From Plasmodiophora brassicae (lineage: Eukaryota): a stretch of 64,000 nt of DNA. The notes under the pieces are model-generated. The model was given only the letters and a program-made list of their open reading frames with translations. It made no database searches and was not told the DNA's origin. The DNA is taken from contig CP145415.1 in the NCBI GenBank assembly GCA_036867785.1, positions 1-64,000 of the forward strand, in the 5' to 3' direction. Positions within the stretch are counted from its first letter, which is position 1; each line of letters opens with the position of its first letter. Below are positions 45,691 to 58,900 of this stretch, in pieces. A program made the position numbers and the translations under genes.

Positions 45691-46164
45691 ATGAGGCGCG
45701 CCGCGGCGATGGTGATGATGCGGGCGGGGCCGAGCGTCCGAGTCGGTGCGCGTCGGTACGCGTCCGGATCGGCGGTGCTCGAGGGCGTCTACAATCGGTT
45801 CATGAAGTCGAACGTGGCGTACGTCACGTCCATCATCGTACGCAGAGGGGCGATGCGGCGAGCGTGCTGAATCTAACTCGATGTGCCGCCTGTTGGGCAG
45901 ATGGTTGGCGTTATCGTTGAGCAGCTGTACGATCGCGGCTTCGACTCGCTTTGGAAGTACCATAACCGTGGCGTATGCTCACGCAAGCGGCCCGCTGCTG
46001 ATGAATGTAATGACCGCTGTGTTGTATGCCAGAAACTCTTCGAGGATATGATCCATCACGCCGTTGTCGAACAGCCCGAAGAGGAGGAGGAGGAGGACGT
46101 GGAGGAGCATCAGCAGGACGAGGATGCCGGTGCGGCCGCCGCGGACGGTCAAGAGGACGAGTAA
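45691..46164 (+). CDS. QCR9: Cytochrome bc1 complex subunit 9 (QCR9/UQCR10), three exons
   Basis: VYNRFMKSNVAYVTSII|MVGVIVEQLYDRGFDSLWKYHNRG|KLFEDM matches the QCR9 pattern. It has an Arg-rich N-terminal extension and an acidic tail. Confidence 0.85.
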
Positions 46165-46364
46165 GACGGCCCACGTGGCAGGGCGACCACAGCGAGCGTT
46201 TAGGGCCGGACCCAACCAACTAAACGTCTAGATTGGCGGATCAGGTTGAGACGTGACGGGCCATTCCTGGATAGCATTTGCAGCGTGGAGCCCTCGTCGG
46301 GCCATGCGCGTATGCGATGTACCTGCCTAGGCAGCAGGACACGCCCGTCCGGGACGACGACGTG

Positions 46365-47986
46365 TCAGACAGACCACCAGAAGTTCACAGAGAAGCTTGC
46401 AGATAGCGATTCGACGTAGTGCCACATGCTGTACGATCCAGAACGGGTCAGTGACACACCGACGATCGCCATTCACGAGGGACGCCAGGTACCCTTTCGG
46501 GATGAACAGCATATCGCCCTGATTGAGGGTCGTTTCGAAGCACGGGACCGTATCGAACAGGGGAAAGCGGTCCCGATCCGGGTTGGCCAGGTCAACCTCG
46601 CTTGTGTTGGGCATGTCTTGCCGGGGATGCACCCGGGGCGTGTCCGCTGCGAAATAGAGTCGCACGTATTTACTGCCGAAGACCTGCATGTGCCGAGGTT
46701 CAGCGAAAGCAGGAGCGGCATGGTGCGATGCGCACACAGGTACCTGACAAAGAAGGTTGTCTTCTGGATCCGTATGGAGAGGCGTTTGAGTCCCAGCTGG
46801 ACCGAACCATACTGAAGAACGGACAACAGGCTCTTCTGCATCGAACGCTACTACAATCGATGACGTTAAGAGCGGCCACAACAGAGAGAGAGCGAGTAAG
46901 GTACCGATGCAGTAATCGGGAATAGGAGCATCGTGGCGCAGTTCAGGAACCTGTTCGAACAGGTCGTGCTGGGCCAAATAATGGACGGGACCAGTGCTGT
47001 CCACCAGGACATGATTATCGATGAACTCGGCAATGGTCATGAGCGTAGGGCGCCACACCGGGTCATGCGTGTAACTTCGTCCCGATTCGACAGGCACCGT
47101 GCGGAACCCCTGCACGCTCGTCAGACGCCACCAGGACGTTATAACGCACGCGACCTGCGTCGCCCTACCATGGCTCGTTTTAGGTAGTTCATATCGGAAA
47201 ACGGCCGCTGGTTGACACAGGGCCACCCAGCCATGCCTCCCTCGATGACGACTGGACGACAGCCGTGGACCTGGGAACGATGAGCACAGGTGGTAGAACG
47301 CACACGATACGCAGATGACGCGTACGAAGTCTCGCTGAAACCGAAACAGGTCGCATTGGAACACCCGGGGTACAGGACTTCGGGTTCGAGCGGGAATCGC
47401 ACGAGGTGTACGCTGCGTCTTCGTGTTTACGTACAACGGCTGTTTGGACACCCGGGACGACAACACGTGAGAAATGCGAGCTGAGCGATATTAGTGTACC
47501 GGCAATCTTGAGAGCATCAAAACGCATCGCGGGCGCACCTGCTGACGATTTCAGCTCGTCACGAAAGAGACAGGCACCAAACAAGAGTGCCATGTCGATG
47601 GTCCGTAAGGCGTCTTGCTCCCGTAGAGCAGGATCGCCCAGCATGCGGATTGACGCAATAGTGTACAGGTCGCGCCATTCGATCCACACCTGATCCCATG
47701 GTCCACGATGGATCTCGGAATATGCAAGCGATCGAAACTCATGTGCGCCGTCCTCAAGTGACGTCAGCAATCGTCCCGCCACATCGCCTCGTCCTACATT
47801 CGGTATCAAAGGCAAGCTAAAGAGCAATGCATATTTGCGGTAGACCTTGCAAACGGAATCGCTCCGATAGTTCGTGGGTTGCGCGCTGAAACGCTGCATT
47901 GTTGACGGTGATGGCAGACATAGGTAACGACGATGTGCTTCAAGCAGCACGGAGTCCGCGACGGAGTCCGTGGCGGAGCCCGACAT
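46365..47986 (-). CDS. KDM8: JmjC-domain protein JMJD5/KDM8-like, multi-exon
   Basis: IHRGPWDQVWIEWRDLY, RTVPVESGRSYT, YLAQHDLFEQVPEL..IPDYC, WFGPAGTQTPLHTDPEDNLLCQ, GDMLFIPK..WHYVESL..SFSVNFWW. Confidence 0.9.
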
Positions 47987-48018
47987 TGGGGACCAGCGCG
48001 CCGTGCCTACCTGCCGTC

Positions 48019-49306
48019 ATGAGGACGCTGAACGCCCTGACCGCGTCCGTCTGCAGCGGCGGTAAAGACCACCGCACGATAACGGTTCTGGACGCCAAGG
48101 GGAGGAACTTTGCTGAACTCGACGATATCAGTGAACTGCAGCTCTTGAAACGCGTTGTTCTGGATAACAATGAAATCACGTCCTTGGCGGGGTTGAAGGA
48201 TAACACGGACCTGGAGAGCGTGTCCGCCAGGAACAATGCCATCAGCGAGGTCAACCCAGCCGACATGGCCGGGTGGACACGGTTAGTGTTTTTGGATCTC
48301 AGCCACAACAAGCTGACGCAGCTGGAGGTAACCGACCCACCCGGTTTGGGCTGGTCGCCAAGCGCTCTAACACGTTCTCGTGCCAGGCTCTGCCGCGATT
48401 CGAACATCTACGTGCCTTGCTCCTCAATAACAATGCCCTTCGCACCCTGCCGAAACTGGCCGGGCTGCCTGCTCTGAAAAAGGTCATGGTGTCGCACAAT
48501 CAGCTGGAAACGCTGGATTGGTGTCTGTGGGCCTCTCTGCAATCGTCAGTGTACAGTCAGTGCCTTACCTGTCAACCGTCTCATCTCGTCGTCTGCATAG
48601 ACTGGAAGCCCTGTCGGCATCGGGGAACCTGCTAAAGACACTGCCCTCGTCCATGTCGAAGTTGCATTCGCTGACGAACCTGCGGTTGAACCGCAACCGA
48701 TTCACAACCGTGCCCGCCTGTATTGCTCAGATGTCGCGCCTCGCCTTACTCGACCTCGGCAATAACCGCATCGCGACACTGGATTCGCTGCGGGAGACGC
48801 TGGCCCATCTGCCTGCGCTGCGCAACCTGAACCTTCAGGGCAACCCGGTCTGCGATCTCGACGAATACCATGACGCCATCAGGAACATGCTGCCGAACCT
48901 GCAAGTCCTCGACGGTGGGGCAGTCGATCGCGCACGTCCAGCAAAGCGGCAGAAAGTCGTTGTGGACGACGCCATCGACTTTGAAGAGTTTGCCGCCAAG
49001 CCGAAGGCCAGCAAGCCTGACCAGGCACCGGCGCAACCGGCAAAGGCCTTGGAGGTTCGCGTGATTGTCAAGAAGGTGGCGGCGCCCGCCACGGGAACGG
49101 ATGCGATCCGACATGCACTAGGCGACCTGGAGCGTCTGAACGCCGTCATTGGCCTGAACAGCGGCAACGCCTGGGAGGACGATGACGACTCGCAACGGTC
49201 GGGCGGCGTCGACCGTGAGCAGGCGGCCGCCACGTCGAACGCGTCGTGCCAGGCGGGCAAGAAGCGCCGGCGCCAGAAGAAGAAGAAGACAGGTGTCGCC
49301 CAATAG
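48019..49306 (+). CDS. SDS22-like leucine-rich-repeat protein with LRRcap and basic C-terminal NLS, multi-exon
   Basis: Repeated LxxLxLxxNxI/L units, an LRRcap LRNLNLQGNPVC..Y...LPNLQVLDG, and C-terminal KKRRRQKKKK. Confidence 0.85.
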
Positions 49307-49603
49307 AATTATTTATCGTTGCCGCACCCGTGAATGGTCTATGCGGCGTACATCCACCTGCGAACAGCTTTGCGGCCCCCCAAAAGTTGCGCGTTGCAGT
49401 GTCGCGGTAGTCCCCGCAGTGCGCAGAAACGGGACAGCAAAACGTGGTTTGCGCTGTGTGTGGGGCTGCGACCGGCTTGCAGATGAGGTCGAGTTGTTGA
49501 TGACCGCCCCATCTCGACAACCGAGAGGCGCATTTTTGCGCGGGGCGTCGGTCTGGTGTAAGTGCCAGCGGCGACGCCGGCCGCTCGACCACTGCGCGCC
49601 ACC

Positions 49604-52600
49604 ATGGCCATGCGGGGCCTGACCATGTTCATCACCGACATCCGGCAATGTACGTTGGCGCGGCGCGTCTGGCCGGCCGTCGTCGGGGGTGCTGACGGCG
49701 CTGGTGGCGTCGTCTGTAGGCGCGACAAAGGAAGAGGAGCAGAAGCGGATCGACAAGGAGCTGGGCAATATCCGGCAGAAGTTCGCGCAGACGAACATCG
49801 GCGGGTACCAGCTGAAGAAGTACGTCTGGAAGATCATCTACATGATGATGCTGGGCATCGACATCGACTTCGGGCACATGGAGTCCGTCAGCCTCATATC
49901 GCAGCCCAAGTACAGCGAGAAGAACGTCGGGTACGTCGCGTGCACGTTGATGCTCACCGAGCAGGTACGTATCGCCCTGCCTGACGACGTGGTCTGGTGT
50001 GTCACTGACCGCGCGCTCCTGCCCTCAGAACGACATCCTTCGTTTGATTATTCAGTCGGTGAAGAACGACCTGAACTCGAAGAACGAGAACTTCCAGTGC
50101 CTGGCGCTGACCTGCATTGCCAACGTGGGCGGGGAGGAGTTCGCCGAGAGTCTGGCGGCCGACGTGCAACGCCTGCTGGTGTCCGGCGCGTCCCGCGACT
50201 TTGTGAAGAAGAAGGCCGCCCTGTGCCTGCTGCGCCTGTTCCGCAAGTACCCGGAAGTGATCCAGACGGACGCGTGGGCGCCCAGGTTCGTCGACATGCT
50301 CGACAACACGAACCTGGGCGTCGTCCTCTGCGTCATGTCGCTGCTGTTGGGCCTGGCGTCGTACGACCCGGAACCGTACAGGGGCGCCGTCCAGAAATGC
50401 ATCAACTGGCTCGACAAGCTGCACGCGAAGGACATCGACCGCGGCTACATTTACTATTCGCAAGGGTGCCCCTGGCTGCAGGTCAAGATGCTGCGCTTCT
50501 TCCAGTTGTACCCGGCGCCGGAACAGCCGACGCTCTACTCCAGGTACGCGGTCGTCGTGCTGTTCGCCGTCTGTGCCGCGTTGTCCTCTGAATGGCTTGC
50601 AGGCTGTTGGGCCAGCTGGCCAGGCTGATCGAGGACTGCTCCAAGGAGCCGGCCGTTGCCAAGGCAGCGGGCGGGTCGTCAAAGCTGGTGAACAAGTCGA
50701 ATGCGGCGCACGCTGTCCTGTTCGAGACGATCAACGTGATCATGCATTACAACCTGGCCGGGACGCATGACCTGCTCGGCCGGGCGATCTCGCTGCTGGG
50801 CACGACGATCGCCGTGTCGGACCCGAACCTCAGGTCGATCTCGCTGGAGACCATGGCGCGCCTGTCGAAGATCCCCGGGACGCTGGACGCGATCAAGACG
50901 CACCAGGCCATGATCATCACGCTGCTGAAGGACACGGATCTGTTCATCAAGAAGCGCGCGCTCGACCTGCTGTTCAATATGTGCGACGCGACCAACTCGG
51001 CCGAGATTGTTATGGAGCTGCTGACGTCGCTGGCCGACGCCGAGTATGCCATCCGCGAGGAGATGGTGCTCAAGATTGCGATTCTGGCCGAGAACTTCGC
51101 CATGGACGACCGGTGGTACATTGACGTCATCCTGAAGCTGATCCAGCTCGCCGGGGACTTCGTCTCGAATGACATTTGGCATCGGGTCATCCAGGTCGTG
51201 ACGAACAACGACAACCTGCAGGCGTACGCAGCGCAGGTGAGGGGGGTTGTTCACGCGCGGAACGTTGCACCCGCTAACTGGATCGCCTGCAGGCATGCTA
51301 CGACGCCCTGGGCAAGCCCAAATCGCATGAGACGCTCGTGAAGCTGGGCGGGTACCTGCTCGGCGAGTTCGGGCACATGATCGAAGAGCACGCCCCTTCG
51401 AAATCGCAGTTCACCCTGCTGTATGCCAGGTTCGCGACCGCGCCCTGGCCGACGCAAGCGCTGCTGCTCAATACGTTCATGAAGATGTGGAACCTGTACC
51501 CACATCTGAAGTCGACCATCCTGAAAGTCATGCAACCGTAAGCGCGCGCTGCTGAGTTGGTGGCGTGGACCTCCCAAGTCACGCTTGATGTGACCCGCTG
51601 GTTCAGGTTCCGGTCGTACATTGACGACGAACTCCAGCAGCGCTCCGTCGAGTATACGGAAATGCTGGGCTTTGACAACCAAGAGCTAATGGTATGTGTT
51701 GCAGCAGCGCGCGGTTTCATTGAATCACTCAACATATATTTATTGGGCAGTCGTGTGTCTGGGAGATGATGCCGCCGTTCCCCGAAAGATCGTCCGCTCT
51801 GGTGCAACTCATGCGAGCGAAGGAAGAAAGAGCGCCCAGGAAGGTCCGCTTGCAGGCATTCCGTTCAGGCGTCTTATGGGGGCAACTAACACCAAGGATA
51901 GGCGGACCAGGCACATGAAGACACGGATGATGACGACGAGGACGAAGACGAAAATGAGGACGACGATGAAGAAGGCGACCGCCATGGTAAATCCAAAGGG
52001 AAGTCGGCTGCCTCGGGGAAGAAGGTCAGCTGTGCGACTGGGCCTCACTAGCCTGCACTGACGCTCTGTACAACAGGCCGTCAGCGACGAAGACGAGGAA
52101 GAGGTTCGGGTTGCGCTGACGCTCGGCGTTCCGTTCTGACCGTTCCCTCTGTTCAGTCTGAGGAGGAGGATGACGACGACGACGACCAGGACGAAGACAC
52201 CGAAGAAGAGACTGAATCAGATCGCAGCCCGTCGCCGCAGAACGCGGTCGGGTACGTTTCGCCAATTGCTGACCGTATTGTTAATCATTAGACAGGTTCG
52301 CGACCTCCTGTCTATTGACGATCTACTCGGAGGGAGCAGTGCGGCCGCAGCGGCCCAGACGGCTTCTCTTGCCCCACAGGACCCGGCGCTGACCCGGAAC
52401 ATCCTCTTAACAGGCAAGGGCGTCCTGTACGAGTGCGACTTCCTGCAGGTCGGTTGCATGGTGCAAGTCGACGGGAGCCCTCAGGCGAAAATGATCCTGT
52501 ACTTTGGCAATAAGTCCACTACTGCGCCTCTTGTCAACGTCAATCTGGCCATACCGGCCAACAAAGGTTGCCATCGGTACCCAGCGGAGATCGATTCGTC

Positions 52601-53166
52601 CGGTGCTGAACCGCCGCTGCCTTGCAGGCGCGCGAGCCCAACTTCGACCGGAGGGTCCGTTCTCTGTACAGCCGAAGACCCAGGACCCGCTGTACCTGCT
52701 CTGGCAGGTGGCACAGCCGTTCCCGGCCCTGCCGACGGCCACACTGTCCCTGACGTACCAAGGAACGCCCTTCCAGCTCGACATTGCCCTCCCCGTGGCC
52801 ATCTCCCTGTTCTCATCGCCAATGTCCATGTCCAGTCAAGGTTTCTTCGACGCGTGGCAGTCGCTGAGTGCCAACGAGCACCGGTTCATGCTCCAGTCGC
52901 ACGACGGGTCGTCGTTCACGCTGGCCGGTGTAGCGCAACTCGTTTCCAACTCGCTACGACTGCAGGTCGTCGCCGATGCCGACCCGTCCGGGCAGTCTGT
53001 CGTCGGCGCCGGCAACTTTGCGCACCTGGGCCCGGGTGGCTCGTCGTCCCTGGCGCCCATGCTGCTGCGCATCGAGGTCCGGGATGCCGCCATGCGGGTC
53101 ACGGCCCGATCCAACCATCGCATCGTCAACGCCGCCATCGAGTCCACGTTCAAGGCCGTCTTCTAG
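49604..53166 (+). CDS. AP2A: AP-2 complex subunit alpha (alpha-adaptin), multi-exon
   Basis: MRGLTMFITDIRQC, EEEQKRIDKELGNIRQKF, GYQLKKYVWK, IDFGHMESV, KYSEKNVGY, FVKKKAALCLLRL, PWLQVKMLR, IREEMVLKIAILAE, DELQQRSVEY and ear domain GVLYECDFLQVG..LYFGNK. Confidence 0.95.
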
Positions 53167-53363
53167 TCGCTCCGTACGCTGTTGACAACCTGTATACACA
53201 GTCCTGTCCAGCAGTGTGGTTCGTCCTTGTCGCTGAGCAGCTGCGGTCCGCGTTACGCCGAAGGGTGGGGGGCACGCCGCGGAAGCCACTGGCGCACTTT
53301 GCATTGCGCCACTGTCGCGCACAACCGCGCTATATTAGGTTTTGGGGGAGGGGAGGTGCTGTT

Positions 53364-55465
53364 TCACATGACGGCGCAGTCGCCGTCCTTCTTCTTCCGG
53401 TGCCGGGGCGGCTGCGGCGGGGCGAACATCTCGAAATTGATGCCCTGGTCGGCGCGCATCATGACTTCGGTGATCTCGTTCTGGATCGCCGACGGCGACT
53501 TGTACGTGAAGTTGGCGATCGCCTTGTTGAACTCGGGCGTCAGCTTCACCTTCCTGTACTTGTCGTCGTCCTCCGTGTTGTACACGCCCTGCATCGATTC
53601 GGCGTTGACCCGGTCGCTCTGCGCGCGCCGCACGTTCAGCGCACGGCCCCGGCCGATCGCAGGCGACATTCGGCGGGCGTACCGTGGGGACGAACGGCGC
53701 GTCGATGTGGCCGGCCTCGATCAGGCCCCAGTCCGTGTTCTCGAACCACGGGTGCTGCTTGATCTGGTCGACGCCCTCCGCGCCGAGTCGGTGCTTCGGG
53801 TCCTTCTCGAGCAACCCCTTCAGCAGCGAGATGACGTCGCCCTGGAAGTACTCTGGCGGGTACACGGCCGTCGCGTTCAGCACGGCCTTATCCCGGTCGT
53901 CGTCGCCGCTGACCTTCTCGTCGAACGGCGCCTGTCAGTTGCCGTCAGACCAGAAGCCTAGGGGTGATCGTTCGCTGGCAACGGGGGGTACCCTTCCGCT
54001 CAGCATGCGGTAGATCAGGACGCCAAAGCTGAAGTAGTCGGCGGCCTTGTCGTACGGTTTGTCCTGGATGACCTCCGGGGCGATGTACCCGGGCGTGCCG
54101 GCGTACCCGCGAATGGGCTTCGTGCTCTGGACGGCCAGGCCCAGGTCGCTGATCTTGCAGTGGCCCTTATCGTCCAGCAGGACGTTCTCGAGCTTCAGGT
54201 CGCGGTAGATGATGCCCTTGCTGTGGATGTGGGTCAGGCCCAGCAGGATCTCGGCGGCGTAGAACCGGGCGCGCTCCTCCGGGAACTGCTTGTGCTCGTT
54301 GAGCTGGAAGCGCAGGTCGCCGCCCGTCATCAGGTCCAGCATGAAGTACAGGTTGTTCTTGTCCTCCAGGGCGTACTTGAGGCCGATGACGAACCGCGAG
54401 TCGACCGCGGCCAGCAGGTCCCGCTCCAGCATGATGTACTTGAGCGAGTTCGTCCCCTGGACGCGCTTCTTGTCGATCATCTTGGCCGCGTACATCGTCG
54501 ACGTGTCCATCTTGTTGCAGGCGCGCACCGTGCCGAACCCGCCGCGGCCCAGCACGCGCATCATGAAGAAGTCGTTGATGGTGATCGTCTTGCTCTCGTA
54601 GCTCTTCGCGCGAATGTACCGCTCGAAGAAGGGGCTGTTCAGGAACCGGGGGAACACATCGAACTGCAGGTCGTGCATGACCTCGCCCGAGATCTCGTCG
54701 AACATGGTCGACGGCGCCTGGCCGGACGCGACCAGGTCGATCGCCTTGGTCACGTTCGGCCCGTACACGCCGATCGAGTTCGTCATCGCCTGCAGCAGCG
54801 ACTGGTCTATGAGGATGGCACATGCGTCAGGGCGTGTCCGCACACGCGATGGGGGTCGAAGCGCGCGAACTCTGACGTGGTTGCGGGTTCGACGGCACCT
54901 CGACGACGTTGCTGTCGATGGGCAGCGGCTGCAGCAGGTTGCCGTTGTGGTTCGACGACTTGCCGACGTTCGGCGGCGGCTGCGACGAGTTGCGCCGCTC
55001 CAGCGTCATCTGCTCGAACACGCTCTGCCGCTTCCGGGGCGGCGGGTCGTTCGCGTCGCGCGCCACCAGGAACTCGTTGACGATGCGCTTGGCGACGGTG
55101 ACCCGGGCGGCCGGGTCCCTACGCGGCGGCGTATTAGGGCGCACGTCGTACATATATGGCCGGGCGTGCGGCCCCCCCGCCCACCTCATCTGCCTGAAGA
55201 TGTCGACGTCGGAGATGAAGAGCGCCTTGCTGACCGAGTACTCGGAGACGAGGAAGCACTTGATCAGGTAGTGGCCGGCGCGCTGCCCGAACACGACCTT
55301 GAACGTGAGCTCGTTGCTCGCCTTCAGCTGGGCGACCAGGTCGCCCAGCGTCGCGAACGGCGGCAGCTTGTCCAGCAGCTCCTGGGCGGCGTCGCTATCG
55401 TTGTTCTTGACGGCGCCCAGGTACGCATGGTTCTCCAGGATCTCGGTGATGTCGCCATCCAACAT
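53364..55465 (-). CDS. G protein-coupled receptor kinase (RH/RGS domain + AGC kinase) with C-terminal CAAX
   Basis: GRK-type N-terminal helix DITEILENHAYLGA, RH domain (LQFDVFPRFLNSPFF), RVLGRGGFG, YAAKMIDKKRV, LDLMTGGDLRF, IYRDLKLENVLLD, the GRK-diagnostic ISDLGLA and GYAGTPGYIAPEV. The protein ends DCAVM-stop. Confidence 0.9.
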
Positions 55466-55971
55466 CTAGGCGCCGACGACGACGCGCCGTCGCCCGCAAT
55501 ATCCACCACGCACGGCCGGCAAGATTTGAACAACATCCAACGCGATCGGATCGGTGCCCGATATCTTCGTCGACGTACCACATCCGCCCGATCCCGGGGC
55601 ACCCGTACGTACGCCCAGGCGAGCCGGCATCCGCACCGTTGCCCGCATTGACGAGGCCCCTCCGCGCCAGTGCGATCGTTCCAGAAAAAACGCAACGAAC
55701 GTTCGGGGGGCGGGATGCCGGATGCAGCGCTGGTGCGCCGCGCTGGGGGCACCTACCCCGTAACGCGGTGACGTGACGCGTGCAGAAAAAAACAAACCAA
55801 CGTGCTGCATTTGGTCGTGCTTGGTGGAGTTTTTTCGGGCGCCTGCGACTGCGCCTGCGACTGCGTCGGCTCGCCGGCTGACGGGGCGAGGGAGGGGTCA
55901 TTCGGCATCCGGCGCGCGTTTGAGGCTGCGGTTTCGGAGGGGCGGAGCCGAGGGCGGGGCGACGTGCGTCC

Positions 55972-58900
55972 ATGGAGCTCGACGCCGGCGCCGTCGAGCG
56001 GTCCGACTCGGGCGGCGGCGAGCGGTACGCGCCCGCGGAATTCGACGCGCCCAAGTCGGTGTCGCCCGACCAGGTCGCGAAACTGAAGCAGCTGGAGCAG
56101 GCGGCCAGGTGCACCCGGCGTGGTTTGCCGTGCGTCACAGGAATCTGACTCGGCCCCGGTCACAGCATCTTCTATACGTGCCCGGACCCCGAACGCAGGG
56201 ACGGGGCCCATCGGTACCTGCTCGAGTTTCGTGCTGAGGCGACATCAGGTTTGGGCTCGCGCGACGGCGGTTGTTCCTGGGTGAATATCCTGTAACGCCC
56301 ATCATGGTAGACATCGGGATGCTCCCCGTCCTGCTGTACCTGATCGAGACGTCGCTGTCGTCCGATGCCATTGTCTTTGGCTGCGCAACGTTACGCGAGC
56401 TGATCCAGGCCAACTGGGACAAGGTCCAGGTCGCCCAGATCGACTACACGCGTACGTTGTCGACCGCGACCCCGTCCGCTGCGTTGCCACTGATTGTCGT
56501 CACGAACCAGGCGACGTCCTGATCCAGACGCTGTTCGGGTTCGTGTCGGCGGCGCGCCCGAATTACGTGATCGTAGCGGTGATCCGCGCGATATCGTCGC
56601 TCGTGAAGACGAGCTGGAGGATGTCGCCCCGGCAGCACTCGATCGTGGCGCTTACGTCGTCGCTGACGGATTCGCCGTCGTCGACGCGCGCCCATGCCTG
56701 TGCGGCTCTCCAGCTGCTGGGCGACATTGTCACTGACATCCAGCCGGACATTGGTACCTGTCGCGTCCGCACCGGAACGCACCCTGTGCACGCTTGCTGA
56801 ACGGTCCTTTCGCCAGGGACGTTTGAGCACAGCCAGAGGTCCATAGCGATCATGTTCAAGGACCAGCAGCTGGAATCCATCCTGCAGCTGGGTTTGTCAG
56901 CGTTGCGGTCGACGCTGGCGCCCGATATGCTGCCAACAAAGTCGTTCGACCCGAGCGTCCTGGCTCTGCAGGAGTCCTCGCTGAGGCTTATCCTCACCTG
57001 TTTGCAGTACGACTTCCCGGCCGCCGGCTACTCTCCGGTCCAGTCAATGCACCAGCCACTGCTCGTGCCCAGCGAATGGAAGTTCCTCAAGGAGGAGCGC
57101 ACCGTCAACGTGTTTTTCAGCGTCGCCCAACGGTGCCCGTCACCGCCCCGTTGCGAGATCCAACCGCTCGCCATGCAGTGCCTGTCGTGGCTCGTTACGC
57201 TGAAACGCTCGATGTTTGCAACGGTGTTCGAACGCCGTGACTTTCTCAGGGTCGGGCCCGTTTGCTCGCCCGCTTCGTCCCGACGACTGGCACTGATTCC
57301 CGTTTCGGGGCAGATCTTTGTTGATGGCGTCACGACGTTGTTGAAGGGCCCGCCAAATGGCGTGTTCCTCGCCTGCGAAGACAACCTGGTCTACCTGTCG
57401 CGCCTGATCGACTCGATGCGTGCGACGTTCCCGTTCTCGGATTTCGTCCTGCTCGAGGCGGCGTTCGACGAATGGCTCGAGGCCATGCACCAGTTCACGA
57501 TCATGCTGGTTCGTGCCAACCTGCGCTGCAAGGTCTACCTGTTCGAGACGTGGGCGTCCCTCGTCTCGGCGTCGGCCAAGCAATCGGCAACGCTGCAATC
57601 CAGAGGTGATCCTGCCGCTATCCAGTCCCGTATACAACGTCTCGTCCAGCTGTCCTTTACGGTAGGTCGAGCAATCGATGAGGGGCCGCCGTGCGACTCA
57701 CCTGCTGCCCCTCAGGTCGTAACGACGTTCGTCGATGTCCAGCTCGAGAGGCAGCGCGCTGCTGATCCGACATCGCTGAACGAAGACACGGAGGACGACG
57801 AGGGCGGCCCCGACATCTCCGATGGCGCTGCCGGCGTCCTAGCGTCGCCTTTGCTGAAGAGCGTTGCGATCATTGTGCGCTCGCATGGTCGTTAAGCGCC
57901 GTCCTTTTCTGCCCATTGATCTCCTTTGTGTTGATCTTCGTTGGCGCAGGTTGCGAGTTCTCCTCCTACGTTCTAACGCGAATGAACGAAGTCCTGGCTA
58001 ACAGTGGCGATCCCCACGTGTTCGGTACAGTCCTCTCGACGCGGACTGATGAGCGCGCTGCCCTGTTCTAACCGGTGACGTCCCCAGGGCAACTTCGCGT
58101 GCTGATCGACATGGTGACGTGTATTGTCGGCAATCGCACATCGTGGGCGTCAATTCCCGCGCTGGACGAGCAGGCCGATGCGAAGCTGAACAGCCTCGAC
58201 GCGCAGCTCTGTGCCCAGTCGTTCGCGGTCATGAAGCAGACGGACAGCCTCCCACCGACCTGCATCCCCCTGGAGCTGTCCTACCTGGCGTTCCTCATGG
58301 AGGTGCATCGGTGCATTACATCCGATGGCGCCGCTGCCGAGTCACCGACCGCCGTGTCGCTGCTTCGCGCGCTTGTCAACGTCATGCCCGCCCCGCAAGA
58401 CTCCATCCCTGTCGAAGACGCCGAGGATGCCCCGTTCCAGCGTCTGCTGATCATGCTTCTCGACCTGATGGTGTCCAAGGTCGGGTGCATGTGTCGCCGC
58501 TGTTTGCATCGCGCACCGTGCATTGGCTCATGGGGCTCGCGGCAGGTGTCGCACAACCTGTCGGCCTGGTCAACGTCAACGCTGTCGCGGGCGCATGTCG
58601 TCATCGGGGCATCGTTGTCCCTGCTGGACTCGCTGGCGTTTGGCGTGCGCATCCGCTTCAGTTCAGGCATAGGTGGCGCGCGCCCGAGCATGTCGGGTGC
58701 GAGCATGGCGATCCCGGCGCTGTGCGGGATCCCCAAGGTCTACTCCAATGGGCGCATCCTGCTTCACTCGCCGTTTGTACGTGGCCTTCTGCACTCGGCC
58801 GAAGCCGACACCGGTGAACACAAGTACGTTGCTTGCTCCACGTCCCGACCCGCGCGTGCCAGGGTACTGATCGGTCTGCAGGTGGCCGTTCCTGTCGCTC

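Noticed and set aside
52170-55651. 530-aa ORF 52170-53762 and plus-strand ORFs over the kinase
   Set aside because: They are off-frame read-through of AP-2 alpha exons and antisense shadows of the GRK gene.
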